Shown one piece after another: positions 1-12,397 of a stretch of DNA of 64,000 nt. Where the stretch lies: contig OX597835.1 in the NCBI GenBank assembly GCA_951406725.2, positions 50,530,001 through 50,594,000 on the forward strand, in the 5' to 3' direction. Made by a program: the position numbers and the translations under genes. Under the pieces are notes generated by a model that was not told the DNA's origin, ran no database searches, and saw only the letters and a list, made by a program, of their open reading frames with translations. How positions within the stretch are numbered: the first letter of the stretch is position 1; every line of letters starts with the position of its first letter. The stretch is from Octopus vulgaris. Its lineage: Eukaryota.

Positions 1-559
1 CAGTCTGTGGTCTACACTTCACCTTCCAAGAACCCAGTAGATTAAAAATTGACACAGCTGAGTGGAAGCATCTCTGCATGCTAAGTGAATGCTTTATTAG
101 CTTACCTCCTCTTGTTTGTCTGCAGAAGCCACTCAGATTCAGGTGAGAGTTTGGTAATTCTTTTTGAAACTTGTTACCATTGGGTACAGATTCTAATTAT
201 GTTTATAGGCTTTGTGTCTGCGTTAGTTGGTGTACAGCAGTCCTTTTTGTGAAATCTTGCTATATTTGACTTGGTAAATTAATAAGTCTTACTATGGGTG
301 GGTGAGACAGGGCCACTAACCTTTCTTGCCACACAATAACTCTGAATAGATTGTGATGACCGATCAAACTAATAGAAAAATGAGTGTAAAACTGATGGTG
401 ATGATATGTCTATCACTGTAAACTGACCGTTGCTGTTTAGCCCTGAGTCAGATCTAATTGAACAAATGTAGAATCAATAGCATTGCTGTTGTGATTGTCC
501 CACTTTTGTCTTCTTTTCTCCCAGTCTAATATTACATCATCCAATGTACTGTTTATATA

Positions 560-622
<63 letters not shown>

Positions 623-1301
623 CTGGAGTTTGGTGCAGCCTTCCAGCATGCCAGCCCAATTAAATCATCCAACCCATGCCAGCATGGACAACAGACATTA
701 AATGATGATGATAGTCTTGTGGTTTTGATTTATGTGCTACTTGGTGACATGAAGAAGCAACCAGTACACTCTGTAAAGTGGTTGGCATTAGGAAGGGCAT
801 ACAAGTGTAGAAATCTTGCCAAAACAGACATTGGGACTCAACGTAGGCTTCTGATTTGTCAGGTCCTGTCAAACTGTCCAACCCGTACCAGCATAGAACA
901 TGAATATTAAAAGGTGATGATAATTATATAAAAACAGGAGACATGGCTGTTTGGTAAAGTTCATTTTGCAAATACTGGATTCTGTGTGGATCCCAATGCA
1001 CAGTATATTGGGCAAATATTTTCAAGCCTTGCCCTGGGCTGATCAGTGCCTTTGCAAGTGAATTTGGTAGATGAAAACTGAGAGAAGTCTATGATGTGTG
1101 TGTGTGTGTATTTACATTTTCCTAAGTGTTGAGCTGCCGATAATTTATGTCTTCCAATATGTGTTAACATATTGGAAGAAACATACAAGCGATGCCCCAC
1201 TTGAAAAACAGTTAATGGTTTGTGACAAGAAACTGGTTGTAAAACAATGAAAAAAAAACATGTAAAATGAATGAATGATACCTGTGTGTATACAATCTTT
1301 T

Positions 1302-1519
1302 TTAACCTTTTAACATTCAGGTTATTTTGTCAAATGTAATGTTTATTTATTCCTATTGCTGTGAATTAATCTTGCATTATCTCATAGCTTTGAGATTTCA
1401 ATGAGATGATAGTTCACTTTCAGAATGACATTGTAGGGTAGGTATGAGAGTGTGGATCTGGCTAGTTTGGACATAAAGCAGGTAGAATATTTTGGTCAAT
1501 TTAAATGCTGAAGGGTGAA
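1302..1519. mobile_element. Degenerate MITE with TTAA-CC(C/T)TT termini (piggyBac-like)
   Basis: ttaaccttttaacattca ... taaatgctgaagggtgaa imperfect terminal inverted repeats. Confidence 0.5.
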
Positions 1520-1637
1520 GATACTAAGGTGTGATTTAATTGAAATTTGGCTGATATTCCTTATAGGTTAAATGAGTAACTTTGTAGAGGCACCTATTGT
1601 TGACTCAGGCTTTCATTGCTGTTACTCTTCTTTGCAG

Positions 1638-1736
1638 TTTGCTTCATGAACGTCGAATCCTGTTTATTTCCAAGAAGTTGAGTCGTGTCACTGCCTGCAT
1701 TCATGCAGCTGCTGCTTTAATTTATCCAATGAACTG
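1638..1736 (+). CDS. DENND1: DENND1 exon (LLHERRILFISKKLSRVTACIHAAAALIYPMNW)
   Basis: tttgcag acceptor, gtaatg donor, phase 2-2; classic cDENN ERRIL...LxYPxxW motif. Confidence 0.95.
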
Positions 1737-1821
1737 GTAATGGTTATTTTAAGTTCAAATTATTGACCAAATAACATTTCATATACTACTGAAACTTAAA
1801 CAATATTTTTTTAAATTCCAG

Positions 1822-1872
1822 GCAACACTTGTTCATTCCTATTCTTCCAAACAGCTACACAGATCTCCTCAG
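1822..1872 (+). CDS. DENND1: DENND1 exon (W-QHLFIPILPNSYTDLL-S)
   Basis: ttccag acceptor, gtaagt donor; WQHxxIPxLP DENN motif. Confidence 0.95.
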
Positions 1873-2232
1873 GTAAGTAGTACCACATCAATTATATAAA
1901 CACATTTAAAGGAGTGGGCCGTGTAGTATCTCATCAACTTATATATAAAATAATTATAGAGAACCTGGTCATCTCTTCAATTTTTTAAATGCTGCTACCT
2001 TCAGGTTTTCTTGTATTAATTTTTCCCTCATTAATTTCCTTATGATTAAATTTATATATTTCAAAGTTTAAATAGTGGTTTGCAGATTTAGCAGATAACA
2101 CATGCATGCAGTTCTACAGTACATAACTACTACTCATTCTTAATGTGTGAGCATGCATGTTGTGTGTGTGTGTGTGTGTGTCTATATATACACATGTACA
2201 CAACTATATATATATATATATATATATATATG

Positions 2233-5047
2233 ATTAGATTAGTGCTCCATCATAGTTTAGCAACTATTATAACGGCCTATGCCCCTCACCCAGGGTTACC
2301 TGATGGACAGAAAGACCGTTTTTATGACACCCTACTGCAGACCACCTCATTGACGAACGACAGGGACCTTCTCTTTGTGGCTGGTGACTTCAATGAGCAT
2401 GTTGGACGATATGCTGAGGGCTTCTATGGCGTTCATGGAGGCTATGGTTATGGTTCTCGCAATGAGGAAGGAACCAAGCTGCTGGAGTTCTGTGATGCGA
2501 ATAGTCTTATGGTTTGCAACACTATCTTCAGGAAACCAACAAGCCACTTACCGTTTGGGCCAGCATACTAGCCAATTCGACTACCTCCTTGCCAGAAAAA
2601 GGGAAAGATGGCTGCTTATAAATGCCAAAACCTTCCGAGGCGAAGAATGTACCCCACAACATAGACTGGTAGTCAGTGACTTTAGGATCAGGACTAAGAG
2701 GACAACTAGAAGATGACCAACATGGAGAAGAAGGGTCTGGAAGCTTAAAGACCCTGCAAATGGACAGAGATTTAGAGACATGTTACTTGAAGCCTTCGAC
2801 GAAATAGAAGGGGGTATAGCTACACATGGGGTAGAAGATAACTGGGCGCTTCTAAGGGACAACCTGCTGAAAGCCACTGACCAGATCTGTGGCTGGTGCA
2901 AAGTCCCCACAAGACCCAAAATAACGTGGTGGTGGAAGAATACTGTTGACAGGGCTATTAGACAAAAGAAACAGGCTTGGAAGGACTAGAAGAACGGTGG
3001 TAGCAGGGAAGTGTATCAGACTGCAAGAAGGGAAGCTAGGAGGCAGGTGTATTTAGCCAGAGGGGAAGCAGATAAGAAAAAATTTGCCAATGTCCTGCGC
3101 CGTGAGGATGAAAGACTTGAGGTATTTCGTATAGCAAGACAGTGTGCGAGAGAGAATCGTGACGTGGTAGGAGAAAAATGTGTTCGCACGAATGACGGCT
3201 CACTTGCGCTAAATAAGGATGCAAAGAGAGAGGTTTGGAGACGCCACTATGAAAGGTTGCTGAATGAGGAAAATGAATGGGATAAAGAGATTCTGCCGAA
3301 TGTTGAGCCAACAGAGAGACCAGCAATCCGAGTTGACAGTTCCTTAGTAGTTAAGGCAATTACAAGCATGAAAACAGGGAAAGCCCCAGGCCCATCAGGA
3401 ATTACTGCAGAGATGCTCAAAATATCTGGTAGTGTCGGCTATAGCCTAGTCACCTGTATAGTTAACCAGGTGATACATGAAGGAGTCATACCCAATGACT
3501 GGTGTAGCAGCATAATAGTCAACTGCTACAAAGGTAAAGGTGACACCCTAGATACAAATAACTACAGGGGTATCAAGCTGCTGGATCAGGTAATGAAGGT
3601 TACGGAGAGGGTTATAGCCCAACTAATTAGAGAGAGAGTTAGCTTAGATCAGATGCAGTTTGGGTTCATGCCAGGGAAAAGTACTACTGATGTTATTTTC
3701 CTGGTAAGACAGCTGCAGGAGAAATATCTAGCCAAAGACAAGCCCCTATACCTGGCTTTTGTTGATATGGAGAAAGCCTTTGACAGGGTCCCCCGATCCC
3801 TTATCTGGTGGTCAATGAGGAAACTAGAGATAGATGAATGGTTAGTGAGAGCTGTACAAGCCATGTACAGAGACGCTGCTAGTAAGGTGAGGGTTGGCAT
3901 CGAGTACAGTGAAGAATTCAAGGTAGAGGTTGGGGTCCACCAAGGTTCAATTCTCAGTCCCCTCCTATTTATCATAGTCCTCCAGGCAATAACGGAGGAA
4001 TTCAAGACAGGATGCCCCTGGGAGCTCCTCTATGCTGATGACCTTGCTCTAATTGCTGAGTCTCTATCAGAACTGGAGAAGTTTTAGGTGTGGAAGCAAG
4101 GTTTAGAATCGAAAGGCCTTAGAATCAACCTAGCCAAAACCAAAGTCCTAATAAGTAGGAAGGTAGACCAATCACAAACACCTTCAGGTAGATGGCCCTG
4201 CTCGATCTGTAGAAAAGGCGTAGGTAGAAACTCTATAAGATGCACCAAATGTAAGCTATGGACACATAAGAGATGTAGTAATGTCAAAGGAAGACTAACC
4301 AGGAAAATAGTTTTTATCTGTGGCAGATGCTCAGGAGCAATAAACACTGAAAATGCGCAGAGACCAACTTCCACCACATTCCAGGGAGAAAAACTAGAAG
4401 TAGTTGATAGCTTCCACTACCTAGGTGACCAAGTCAGTTGCGGGGGCGGGTGTGCTGAAAGTGTAACTGCTAGAGTAAGAATAACCTGGGCAAAGTTTAG
4501 AGAGCTCTTACCCCTGCTGGTGACAAAAGGCCTCTCGCTCAAAGTAAAAGGCAGACTGTATGATGCATGTGTACGTACAGCCATGCTACATGGTAGTGAA
4601 ACTTGGGCTGTGACTGCCGGTGGCACGTAAAAGCACCATCCATTCGTGTCCGTTGCCAGCCTCGCCTAGCCCCCGTGCCGGTGGCACGTAAAAGCACCAT
4701 CCGCTTGTGTCCGTTGCCAGCCTTGCCTGGTCCCCGTGCCGGTGGCATGTAAAAGCACCATCCGTTCGTGTCCATTGCCAGCCTTGCCTGGCCCCCGTGC
4801 CGGTGGCACGTAAAAGCACCATCCGTTCGTGGCCGTTTGCCAGCTCTGTCTGGCACCTGTGCGGGTGGCATGTAAAAAGCACCCACTACACTCATGGAGT
4901 GGTTGGCGTTAGGAAGGGCATCCAGCCGTAGAAACACTGCCAGATCTGACTGGGCCTGATGCAGCCTTCCGGCTTCACAGACCCCAGTTGAACCATCCAA
5001 CCCATGCTAGCATGGAAAACGGACGCTAAATGATGATGATGATGATG

Positions 5048-5049
<2 letters not shown>
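2233..5049 (+). mobile_element. RTE-clade LINE, 5'-truncated, with stops/frameshifts (APE remnant, RT, PHD-like finger, tandem-repeat 3'UTR, (GAT)n tail)
   Basis: ORFs 2143-4630: AYAP/GDFN endonuclease motifs, QFGF, FVDMEKAFD, GVHQGS.LSP, LYADD, FxYLG; tail gatgatgat. Confidence 0.93.
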
Positions 5050-5083
<34 letters not shown>

Positions 5084-5084
<1 letters not shown>

Positions 5085-5290
5085 TCTTTTACTTGTTTCA
5101 GTCATTTGACTGCAGCCATGCTGGAGCACCGCCTTTTTAATCGAGCAACTCGACCCTGGGACTTATTCCTTTGTAAGCCCAGTACTTATTCTATTGGTCT
5201 CTTTTGCCGAACCGCTAAGTAACAGGGACATAAACACACCAGCATCGGTTGTCAAGCAATGCTAGGGGGACAAACACAAACACACACACA

Positions 5291-5328
<38 letters not shown>

Positions 5329-5490
5329 TACAACGGGCTTCTTTCAGTTTCTGTCTACCAAATCCACTCACAAGGCTTTGGTCGGCCCGAGGCTATAGTA
5401 GAAGACACTTGCCCAAGGTGTCATGCAGTGGGACTGAACCTGGAACCATGTGGTTGGTAAACAAGCTACTTACCATACAGCCACTCCTGC
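5084..5490 (-). mobile_element. tRNA-derived SINE (family recurring in this window)
   Basis: Minus-strand head GGAGTGGCTGTATGGTAAG...GGTTCAGTCCC (A/B box-like) followed by CTTGGGCAAGTGTCTTCTAC core; related copies near 935, 12400, 13375, 31640, 50365 and 54370. Confidence 0.75.
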
Positions 5491-5535
5491 ACCATATATA
5501 TATATATATATATATATATGTATAGGCCTCACCAA

Positions 5536-6220
5536 TGACTAGTGACTGAGACTTTTGGAAATATGCTGAAGACCCAGCAAGCCAAATGAGACCATAACCT
5601 CATGGCCTATGCCAGGGGCGTAACCAGCCAACTTGTGCGTACTTTTTCCTTCTTTGGACACTAAACTCTGCTTGCGAAGACCTGTTGAGGCAAGTGAAAT
5701 CGAAATCAAAATGAAATTCGATGACGGGCATGAGCACCAGACGAGCGTGATTGTTGACAGAGCGACTAACCGGCTTCCATGCCAGTGACACATAAAAGGC
5801 ACCATTCGAGTGTGATTGTTACCAGCTTCACCTTACTGGCACTTGTGCTCTGTGCTAGTAGGGTGCTAAGAGCACCATCTGAGCGTGATCGTCGCCAGAG
5901 CTGCTAAGTGGCTTCTGTGCTGGTGGCATGTAGGAAGTACCATTCGAACGGGATCGTTACCAGCATCACCTTACTGGCACATGTGCCGTTGGCATGTGAA
6001 AAACAACAATTGAGCGTGGTTGTTGCCAGTACCACCTGACTGGCCCCCGTGGCAGTGGCACATAAAAAGCACCCACTACGCTCTTGGAGTGGTTGGCATT
6101 AGGAAGGGCATCCAGCTGTAGAAACTCTGCCTGGTGCAGCCATCTGGTTCGCTAGCCCTCAGTCAAACCGTCCAACCCATGCTAGCATGGAAAGTGGACA
6201 TTAAACGATGATGATGATGA
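5536..6220 (+). mobile_element. 3' fragment of the RTE LINE family (ORF end, repeat 3'UTR, GAT tail)
   Basis: Matches the reverse complement of 57250-57980; ends in gatgatgat. Confidence 0.85.
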
Positions 6221-6483
6221 TATATAAATATAAATACATACACCTAGGGTGAAACAAGTACTACAGCAAATAGGAATTAAGTGAACCAGTGTAAAAGCTG
6301 CAGTGTAGTCTCCCAATACACTGAATATAGTTGCTAAATTTCTGTCAAAAATAATATCCTCTACTATTTTCAAATGTTTGATATGCATTGCATCTAGTAA
6401 CATTTTGTTACAAAATCCATTCTCAGTACCTATAATTTTTTTCTTATTTAACTATAACTGTGATATTTCTGTTCTCTCCACAG

Positions 6484-6529
6484 TGCTCCTATGCCTTTCA
6501 TGATTGGAGTACATTCAACAATGATGGAA
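6484..6529 (+). CDS. DENND1: DENND1 exon (S-APMPFMIGVHSTMME)
   Basis: ctccacag acceptor, gtaagt donor; APxPxxIG motif. Confidence 0.95.
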
Positions 6530-8214
6530 GTAAGTACATTCAATATTGAAGTTTTAATTAAAATTTTGTTGCAAGTTTTAGTCACTTATTACCTATTCAC
6601 ACCCTCTTCTGAAGTAACCCATACCCCGCCTTGAAAAACCCTGGTCTAAACCATTTATAAAAATAAAAAGCACCCACTACACTCTTGGAGTGGTTGGCGT
6701 TAGGAAGGACATCCAGCTGTAGAAACTTTGCCAGACGAGATTAGAGCCTGGTACAGCCATCTGGTTCACCAGACTTCAGTCAAACAATCCTACCCATGCC
6801 AGCTTGGAAAACGGACATTAAACGATGATGATGATTATTATTAATTAAAGCTCTCTACACACAGCTGTAGAATTACAATAAAGCAGGACTCAGCACTTGT
6901 GGAATACTAAGTCACTCTCAACTGTTACTCATAATCCAGTACAACTTGAGACAAGAAAACACTTTCTTTCTCATTCACCATGCCTTCACTCTTGATGTGA
7001 TCCAGACTGCAAAATCGATGCAACACATGTTGAACCGAGGCCCACACATAAAGGACAATAGCAGGATGGCTTAAAACAAACGTTGTACGGAATAAAGTTT
7101 AATACCAAATCCATCTTCTTGCTACTTAATTAATATAACTACCCTAACTGACACTGCAGAGTTCCTGAAGTGGATCCAATGGAAGTATACCACGACTGCA
7201 GATGACAACAGGTAGCCTAAATTGTGCCGGTGCTCTATTCAACATTTAAACATACTAATCAATTTATACCTATTAGTTCATAATATTTATTTTATATATA
7301 TATGTATATATATATATATATATTGTATTTTGGGACGGTCATTTTTTTTTTGCCAAATTAACACACGCACTATATATATTCTTTCTTCATTCATTTATTA
7401 CTGTCCTTATTTTATTATCTTAACTCATGTCCATTGTCTGGAAATCTTCCATTATGCATCTGTGACCTCTTTAGCGACACTTTTCATTTTTGTGTGTTTT
7501 CTTGCTCCACTTGCTCCATTCTGTTCTTTTAAGGTGTGTACCGGTATGTGCACATGTGTTTGTGTCCTTGTTTGTTTGTGTGTGTGTGTGTCATAGTTTT
7601 TAGCAGCCGTGTGGCCTTCCCCTCATCAGCCCCATCCTCTCACCCCATTGTGCTGCTGATGTCCTAAGACCTGAAATTATGGGACAGTTCCTGTATTCCT
7701 CTGTGTATGTGTGTTTGCCCACAGTGGCTGTTGTTGTTGTGGTTATTGCCATTGTTGTCACTGCTGCTGCTAGATTTATTCATTTATTTTATCTCTGTCT
7801 CTTATATTTATCTCAGGTATATGACAAATATATTTATGTTTATTTATCTATTTATATATTTATTTATACAACAATAATGGTTTCAACACACAATTTCACA
7901 TCAGAAATCTTGCAAATCAAATTGATATCTTATGGTATTGATCAAACTATTGCATGTTGTTATACATTGCTGGTCACAGTGCACTTTGCGTTATTTTAGC
8001 CTAGAATGATGCCATCCCACTGGCCAGGTGAGAGCAGGCTAACGTTCCCTCTGATTGCAAGACTAGTCTGTTGCAGGGTTGTCATTCATTCACAGCTGAG
8101 TGGATTGAAGCAACGTGCAACAAAGTGTTTTGCTCAAGAACACAATCTACTGCCCTGTTCTGGAATAAAACCTACAATCTAGCAATCCTGAGTATAGCAC
8201 CTTGACCATTAACC

Positions 8215-8235
<21 letters not shown>

Positions 8236-8253
<18 letters not shown>

Positions 8254-8550
8254 ATATCACGTGATCACATGACCGACCAGACCATCAGATGTTACACATC
8301 GCTGGTCACAATGCGTTCGCATTGTTTTTTAGCCTTCGAATGACGCCACCCCACTGGCTAAGCGAGCAGGCCAACTGAAGAAAGAGTGAGAGAAAGAGTA
8401 CAGCAGGGATCACCACACCCTGCCGGAGCCTCGTGGAGCTTTTAGGTGTTTTCGCTCAATAAACACTCACAACGCCCGGCCTAGGTATCGAAACCGCGAT
8501 CCTACGACCGCGAGTCCGCTGCCCTAACCACCAGGCCATTGCGCCTCCAC
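8236..8550 (-). mobile_element. tRNA-derived SINE (second family)
   Basis: Minus-strand head GGAGGCGCAATGGCCTGGTGGTTAGGGCAGCGGACTCGCGG...GGTTTCGATACC (tRNA-like A/B boxes); related degenerate copy at about 7930-8215. Confidence 0.75.
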
Positions 8551-8769
8551 ATATATATGTATATAAATAGGTGAATGAATTATCCTATGTTTATTGTCAG
8601 CATGGAAAATTCGTTGAACTGAAACCAGGGTAGCAAATTCACGTCAGAAACACAGTTGAAGCGACCTGTCCAAGGGTAGAAACTCCGGGTTCATGTGCAA
8701 AAATTTGTGTGTTGTATATGAATAAATGAAAGAATGGAGTCGAACGAAGATGTTAACAAAATTCCTTTA

Positions 8770-8851
8770 CTCTCGACATATGTTTTGAAGACAACATGGT
8801 TTCATTCCAAAGGAATAAAGGGTACCTTATGCAATCTTCTCATCAGGAAAG
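8770..8851 (-). ncRNA. Hammerhead ribozyme motif, G12A variant (probably inactive)
   Basis: Minus: CUUUC CUGAUGA GAAGA...UCUUC AAAAC AUAU GUC GAGAG; GAAA is changed to AAAA at 8786. Confidence 0.75.
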
Positions 8852-11375
8852 AAAGGGAGCCTCTCTTGACAACAAGACAAACAAAAAATTTCGATGACTG
8901 CCTACATGGTAAACAAAACGATAATGAGTGTTTTTAAAAAAACCGTTAGAAGAATTGACGTCAAAGATAGATAGTAGGAAGAGAAGGGTTAAAAGAATAA
9001 TAGGTAGGGAACAAGTGGAGAGGGAAGAGTACATTGATTGAAAGAATGTTCGAAGGCTTAGGAAAGAATTTCGCTATTGAAGTGGAGTGCACGTTAAGCT
9101 AATTGTTCAAACCACAGTGACTATCGTTATCATTTATATGAGTAGAAAGTGTGTTTTTGCCAATGTTTACATTTGTACGATTTTTCTATGAGTGTGTTTA
9201 CAAGGAGAACCTTAGAGAAGAGAATATGGAAGAGTTCAGAGTTGCAAATGTTACAAAATCTCCTGCCCTTATCAAAAGGAAAGGATACAGACAGTATGAA
9301 ACAATCTAACTTGAAATTTATATTGTTGTCTTTAAAACGCCAAACTAATTTACTTAGCCCTGTACTATGTCGTTTTTTACTATCCCTGAATGTTGAATAA
9401 TGGTTTGAAATTCTCTTGGATAACTGGGAAGTGGACGCTCCTATATAGAAGAAGACATCGGTACCGGAAGAAATTCTACACTGGTAAATAGAATTCTTAA
9501 TCTTAGAATTACTAGACAAAAATTTAATTCTGTTGGGGTTGTCCTCCGAGATCGAAACGAAGTTTTTATTGCTATGATTGTTGTTACTATTATTATTAGT
9601 GCCAACAACTACACTATTTCTATTATTATTAGTATTATTAATGGTAATACAACCAGTAATACCGCCGACAATAATACCGTTATTGTTATTACCATCAACA
9701 TTACCATTGTTATTAACACGACTAGTACTATTATTAATATTATCATTGTTAACACTATCGCTGCTACCAATGCTATTACTATTAATACTATTCCTATTAT
9801 TATGATTGTATGATGGGTTGGAATTGGCAAGATTAGTGTTGGAACTCCCGGGTGAAGAATCTTTGTTTAGCAGCTTGGTACTGTGAGAAGATATAATTTG
9901 CGATTTGATAATGGAATGATATCTAGAATTTCTGGGAAAGTTCCTAGCAACGGCTTCACAGAACTGCAAGGGAAGGTTCGATTTAATTTGTTTTCTGAAA
10001 GGTATTACGAACCAGATACAGTTTTTTGTGGCCTTTGAATTGTACTTAGTGTCATTTGTGAAAGTAAGAGGAAAATTTCTGGGTTGGAAATTTGGGGTTG
10101 AATGGCGCTTACCTCCCCTAGTCCGTAAAGAATTTATTTTACGTACAGGGTTGCTGGCACTATTAGAATTGAAATCACTATTCCTATTACGAGTAACTTT
10201 TCTATCTGGAGAAGCAGATGTTGGTTTAGAATGAGCTGAATCAATGTATGACACTTTCTCCTTATAACCGGCTTTTAACAAGGCGGCGTTATTGAAGTTT
10301 GCCTTTTGGTTAAAGATGTCGACATTGGCAGATAATTTAGACAGTCTCAAAGATATGTTTTTGACTAAATTATCGGTAACTGGCCTGGCATGATTACTGT
10401 AAAGGCTAATATACTTAAGATTTGTGGAAGGTTTATGATAAGGGAAGTAAGAGTTATTCTGCAAATTGAGGGTAATGTCTAAGAAGTTGGCTTTAGTTAA
10501 TTCATCGGCAAAAACGATGCGCAAGCCCATTCTACTAAAAAACCTAACTAATCTGTTCTTAACCTTCTGTATTTTTTTGTTTTGAAACGTTTTGGAGGTA
10601 AAGCAGACAATCGTCGCGATAAAGACCTCCACAGATAATAGTAACAACAATCATAGCAATAAAAACTTCGTTTCGATCTCGGAGGACAACCCCAACAGAA
10701 TTAAATTTTTGTCTAGTAATTCTAAGATTAAGAATTCTATTTACCAGTGTAGAATTTCTTCCGGTACCGATGTCTTCTTCTATATAGGAGCATCCACTTC
10801 CCAGTTATCCAAGAGAATTTCAAACCATTATTCAACATTCAGGGATAGTAAAAAACGACATAGTACAGGGCTAAGTAAATTAGTTTGGCGTTTTAAAGAC
10901 AACAATATAAATTTCAAGTTAGATTGTTTCATACTGTCTGTATCCTTTCCTTTTGATAAGGGCAGGAGATTTTGTAACATTTGCAACTCTGAACTCTTCC
11001 ATATTCTCTTCTCTAAGGTTCTCCTTGTAAACACACTCATAGAAAAATCGTACAAATGTAAACATTGGCAAAAACACACTTTCTACTCATATAAATGATA
11101 ACGATAGTCACTGTGGTTTGAACAATTAGCTTAACGTGCACTCCACTTCAATAGCGAAATTCTTTCCTAAGCCTTCGAACATTCTTTCAATCAATGTACT
11201 CTTCCTTCTCCACTTGTTCCCTACCTATTATTCTTTTAACCCTTCTCTTCCTACTATCTATCTTTGACGTCAATTCTTCTAACGGTTTTTTTAAAAACAC
11301 TCATTATCGTTTTGTTTACCATGTAGGCAGTCATCGAAATTTTTGTTTGTCTTGTTGTCAAGAGAGGCTCCCTTT

Positions 11376-11457
11376 CTTTCCTGATGAGAAGATTGCATAA
11401 GGTACCCTTTATTGCTTTGGAATGAAACCATGTTGTCTTCGAAACATATGTCGAGAG
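11376..11457 (+). ncRNA. Type I minimal hammerhead ribozyme in PLE terminal repeat
   Basis: CUUUC CUGAUGA GAAGA...UCUUC GAAAC AUAU GUC^GAGAG; intact core, palindromic stem III ACAUAUGU. Confidence 0.85.
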
Positions 11458-11508
11458 TAAAGGAATTTTGTTAACATGTTCGTTCGACTCCATTCTTTCA
11501 TTTATTTA

Positions 11509-11556
<48 letters not shown>

Positions 11557-12357
11557 CACACACTGGCTACATACACACTTATATACACACAAAGCTATAT
11601 ACTAACTTTATTCATGGTAAAGCACAGTTTTTATTTTTTTAAATCAAAAATGGACTTTGCGATGAATATTGTTGCTTTAGATGAATCCACTTTCTAAAGA
11701 AGTTTGTAACCCACAATATTTTATGTAACTCTTTACCTTTTTTATTAAAAGCATGGGTTGGATGGTGCTGCTAATTTATATTTATAATTTACAGATGAAC
11801 ATCCTCCTATCTTTCAGTTACCAACTGTTCCACTATGAATTTTAAGTAGCATCCATTTTATAATTCTTTTCTTTTTATCTATTTATTTTCTTTAATGGCT
11901 AGGTAGATTAAGGTAAGTAAAGTGCCTTGCTTAAGGATACATGCAGTGCCTGTGAAAAGGGGTTTCAATTGAGTACATGTCTTTGGGTTAGTAGTTCTTC
12001 ACTTTAACCCCACAGTTAACAGTACGGAAATGTGATGTTATATTTTTTATAGAGCATGTTGTTGTTCTTTACACTATTACACATTACACTCTGATCTCTT
12101 AGTTGACATAACCTTTTCTCTAGTGATCTCATTTTAACATACCATATTCTGTAGTGGCTCCATTTTAACATGTCCCTGGCCCTTTTACACAACATTGTAT
12201 ACACAGTTACAGCTAATACTTAAAGTAGATTGCACCCTTGTAGTATGTTTTGAATTATGCTATTGACCATTGTAACAATTTTTATAAAAATTTTTTTTTT
12301 AAAACTCAGACAATATAATTGCACACAGCTATGCTTACACCTACATACCACCATATA

Positions 12358-12397
<40 letters not shown>

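Larger units (their letters stand above)
8570..11513 (-). mobile_element. Penelope-like retroelement (Naiad-like), 5'-truncated, with an ~880-bp inverted terminal duplication
   Basis: Minus strand: GGLYRDD (frameshifted, near 10630), NFLDITL..YxPYHKP..YI..xSNH thumb, GIY-YIG endonuclease (SIYQC...FYIG), C-terminal CxxC...CKH. Arms ~8715-9593 and 10635-11513 are reverse complements. Confidence 0.92.

Noticed and set aside
126-142. 17-nt segment with a good acceptor (tgtctgcag) and donor (gtgaga)
   Set aside because: It would frameshift DENND1 and shows no recognisable homology; it could only be a poison exon, which is untestable without RNA-seq.
4616-4885. CRISPR-like or pistol-ribozyme-like appearance of the ~59-nt repeats
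   Set aside because: No unique spacers or cas genes, and a eukaryotic LINE 3'UTR context. Only the first hairpin resembles pistol; its other stems and conserved residues were not found.
7600-7690. CUGAUGAG (minus) and CUGAUGU...GAAA (plus) fragments
   Set aside because: Stems I-III could not be formed with a complete core.
10592-11098. Stand-alone GIY-YIG nuclease gene on the + strand
   Set aside because: It is the inverted duplicate of the PLE 3' end; its N-terminus comes from the inversion junction and begins with TTG.
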